Source: Eledone cirrhosa
Taxonomy: Eukaryota
Direction: 5' to 3'
Assembly: GCA_964016885.1 (NCBI GenBank)
Contig: OZ024754.1
Location: 25,978,001 to 26,042,000 of the forward strand
DNA length: 64,000 nt
Shown: positions 60,798 to 64,000 of the stretch, piece by piece
Layout of the letters: each line of letters starts with the position of its first letter
Position numbering within the stretch: position 1 is the stretch's first letter
Made by a program: the position numbers and the translations under genes
The notes under the pieces: generated by a model
Seen by the model: only the letters and a program-made list of their open reading frames with translations
The model's database searches: none
Told to the model about the DNA's origin: nothing

Positions 60798-61083
60798 TGC
60801 CCCCATACCCTCCCACTGCAAAGTGGTCGTGGAGGCGCCACGGCAAAAAAGCACCCAGCCTACACTGTAAAGTGGACGTGTAGGCGCCACGGAAAAAAAG
60901 CACCCAGCACTCACTGTAAATGAGGTTGGTGTTACGAAGGGCATCCAGCTGTAGAAATCAAGCCAAAATCAGTTCCTGTATGAGCAACCCATGGTCAGCC
61001 GACCAGACACTGCCCACAACAGGACAACCCGTTTAACCCATGCTAGCATGGAAGAACGGACGTAAAACAGTGATGATGATGAT
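60798..61083 (+). mobile_element. RTE 3'UTR or RTE-tailed SINE fragment
   Basis: Repeated AAAAGCACCCAG..CACTGTAAA, GAAGGGCATCCAGC, ACCCATGCTAGCATGGAA..GGACGT and a (GAT)n tail. Confidence 0.8.
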
Positions 61084-61107
61084 ATATATACATATATATA
61101 TATACAT

Positions 61108-62560
61108 ATATCATCATCGCGAGGTTTTTGATATTAAATCGTGTGTCAAAACAAATTTTGTTATACTTGGGGAGGGTCATATTGTTGTAATAATATAGCC
61201 AGAATTAATAACAGAACACACTCACTGTTTGATTAGTTTTCGCTTCTGTATCTTTTATATCAGTTAATTTATTCAGTCCTCAATGTTTACCATTGACTGA
61301 CCAACGGTAAAAAATACAGATATAATATAGATATAAACACATATATATAGTCTAACAAAGTTCTTCTGTTGCACATCTGCAACATCGTCAGTGGTGCTAT
61401 TATGTTCCTCCTGTTGTATTGTATATTTACGCCATCTTTATTTAATCTGTTTATTTATTTTATGTGTTTGCGTGTGTGTATAGTGTTTGGTGTGTGTTCG
61501 CGTTTGGGTACGACAACCAGAGATACCAGAGTGTCATGTTTGTGGACGCTACCCACGGAGGGAAATTAGCCAACCAGTGTAGAAAGGCCCTGAGAAACAC
61601 CCACTTAAAAATTAAGGTGGTAGAAAAGCCAGGAACCACCATAAACTCCCTGATCAGAAAAACCTACCTTTTTAAGAAAACCTACTGTACCAATAGGAAA
61701 GGTATCATATGTAAGGTAAACCCCCGGATAAACTAGAAACGTAGTCTATAGCATAAGATGTACAGAGGGTACTTGCAGAAACATGACAACAACATGCATA
61801 GGTGAGACAGCTCGTAGCATAGGTGAAAGGATAGACCAACACTGGGGGGAACTAAAAGGATGAAAAAACGAGTCAGTACTATACGAACATGCTAGACAAC
61901 AACATGACAGTAACATAGACAACATAGAAATTAGAATAATATCTAAACATAGAAATGACCCAGCAGATAGGCAAATCAGAGAGGCCAGTGAAATAGAAAT
62001 TAGAAGACCAAGACTAAACAGAAAGAATGAATGGAATAACAACAACACCCAAACAAACAACACTGACCTAAGAGAAGTATAAATAAGTAAATAAAATAAA
62101 ATAAATAAATAAATAAATAAATAAATACATACACAAGCACAATAACAACAAGCACATAAACACACACTAGTCACCCATCACACATCAAACAAAATACTAC
62201 ACACACACGCAAACGCATGCGCAAAGAAGACAAAATAAAATAAACAAACAAGCAAATAAATAAATAAATAAATGGCGTAGACATACAATGCAACGGGAGG
62301 AAACGATAGCACCACTAACGATGTTGCAGATGTACAACGAAAGATTTATGATAAACTATATATATGTGTTTATGTCTATATTGTATCTGTATTATTTTTG
62401 ACCGTCGGTCAGTCAATGGCAACATTGAGGACCGAGTAAGTTAGATTACCGATATAAAAGACACAGAAGCGAGAAGCGGAAACCAACCAAACAGTGAGTG
62501 TGTTCTGTTATTAATTCTGGCAATATTACACAAATATGACCCTCCCCAAGTATAACAATA
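61108..62560 (+). mobile_element. 5'-truncated Penelope-like element (family A): inverted pLTR + GIY-YIG remnant + pLTR
   Basis: ~61156-61470 is inverted relative to ~62258-62560. Coding remnant IKVVEKPG, CIGETARSIGERI, RQIREASEI..PRLNRKNEW. Decayed hammerheads at 61352-61397 (-) and 62310-62355 (+). Confidence 0.88.
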
Positions 62561-62580
62561 TATATATATATATATATTCA

Positions 62581-62830
62581 TATATATGGGATAACAATTT
62601 ATCGTTTTAGATAATCCAGTTAGAGGTTATGAATACTCTGTACTATGGATAGTGTTAACGTACGTATTCTGATGATTTCATCAGAGACACACATTCTATT
62701 TAAGGCCGAGTGACGCAATTTTGATCAGCGGCCTTTAGACTCACCTGATCAATGAAACAATTGTTAATACTGTAAATAAAACCCTTTTTATACAGCCGAC
62801 CGTGTTATTCTTCACTGTTTCATTATATTC
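62581..62830 (+). mobile_element. Short family-B Penelope-like or retrozyme-like remnant
   Basis: 62588-62655 is an inverted match to 53075-53141; 62664-62830 matches 52810-52976. Confidence 0.75.
62664..62770 (+). ncRNA. Hammerhead ribozyme with extended stem II (family B, best-paired copy)
   Basis: GTATT CTGATGA tTTcATCAG...CTGATcAAt GAAA CAATTG TT AATAC, with a perfect 5-bp stem I. Confidence 0.75.
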
Positions 62831-62892
62831 ACATATTTATATATATATATACATATATATATATACACATATATATATACATATATATATAT

Positions 62893-64000
62893 ATCATCAT
62901 CATCATCATCATTTTACGTCCACTTTTCCCTGTTTGCAAGGGTTGGACGGGTCCTATTCAGCACAGAATCTCTCCATTTGTCACGGTAACTTTGTCATCT
63001 CCTCGGTGAGTTTCAGCGATCTGAGGTCTGCTCTCACCACCTCCACCCATGTTTTCCGTGGTCTACCTCTACTGCGTCTTCCTTCTACTGGGATTTCTTG
63101 GCACTTCTTTACCCATCGGTCATCCTCCATGCGCATCACATGTCCATACCATCTCAGCCTTCTCCTGCACACACTCTACCATGCAGCATCGTGCATCTCC
63201 CACAGGCATCATATAGAATTGTGTGCATTTTATAGAATTTATGCCAGTTCCTTTTCTGCATATCGAACATGGCCATTTCCCTGACGGAATCAGAGTTTTG
63301 TCCTCTTTTCTACTCATCAACATTTTTGTCTTAGCTAGGTTCACTCTCAGTCCTCTTGCTTCCAACTGCTGTTTCCATAACCAGAATTTATTCTCTAGCT
63401 CCTCTACTGATTCTGCTATAAGAACCAGATCGTCAGCATAGAGAAGTTCCCATGGACAGTCTTAAACTCCACTGTTATGGCTTGGAGGACTATAATGAAC
63501 AAGAGTGGGCTGAGGACCGAACCCTGATGTACTCCTACTTGTATCTGGAATTCCTCACTAAACTCCATTCCTACCCTCACTTTACTGACAGTACCTCTGT
63601 ACAAAGTTTGCACTGTCCTCACAAGCCATTCCTCAACACCCAGTTTCCTTAGGGACCACTAGATGACAGATCAGGGTACCCTATCAAAGGCCTTCTCTAG
63701 GTCAACAAAGGCTAAGTATAGTGGCTTGTTCTTCTCTAAGAACCTCTCTTGTAAATGTCTCACCAAGAAGAGGGCATCTGTTGTACTTTTCCCAGGCACA
63801 AAACCAAACTGCATCTCATCTAGTTTGACCCTTTCTCTAATTAGTTGTGATAATATCCTTTCTGCCACTTTCCTAACCTGATCCATCAGTTTTATACCGC
63901 TATAATTGTTCCTCTTCAGAGCATTCCCTTTACTTTTGTAGCAATTTATGAGAATACTTTGGGTATGACACCACCATATATAGCCTGATTGATGATGCGT
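62893..64000 (-). mobile_element. RTE LINE (RT to 3' tail), degraded, runs off the right edge
   Basis: QFGFVPGKSTTDA, LAFVDLEKAFDRVP, GVHQGSVLSPLLF, RRLRWYGHVMRM; (GAT)n tail. Confidence 0.93.

Overview
Eukaryotic, repeat-rich animal DNA. It is probably an octopus or other coleoid cephalopod, inferred from the SINE and RTE families and not proven. Bases 1-28891 are one uninterrupted satellite of 42/43-bp units (consensus CTGAGAGTTTCTTCTCAGACAACCTTCTGCTGTCCAGCTCTC[C]) with internal dyads, a combinatorial variant pattern and ~4-5 kb higher-order duplications. All ORFs there are artefacts. The only host gene is a + strand vasohibin (tubulin detyrosinase) with 9 coding exons at 35206-47911. It has two clear U12 (minor-spliceosome) introns, a probable third U12 intron in the 5'UTR, and a candidate RFX X-box promoter. 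The rest is transposon material: a near-intact Tx1/L1-like LINE, RTE, BovB-like and CR1-like LINE relics, tRNA-derived SINEs, TA- and TTAA-target MITEs, a mariner, and three Penelope-like or retrozyme-like families. Each of those three families carries a different minimal hammerhead ribozyme: one with a U3-A8 compensated core, one with a covarying ~80-nt stem II extension, and one with an extra U after A9.
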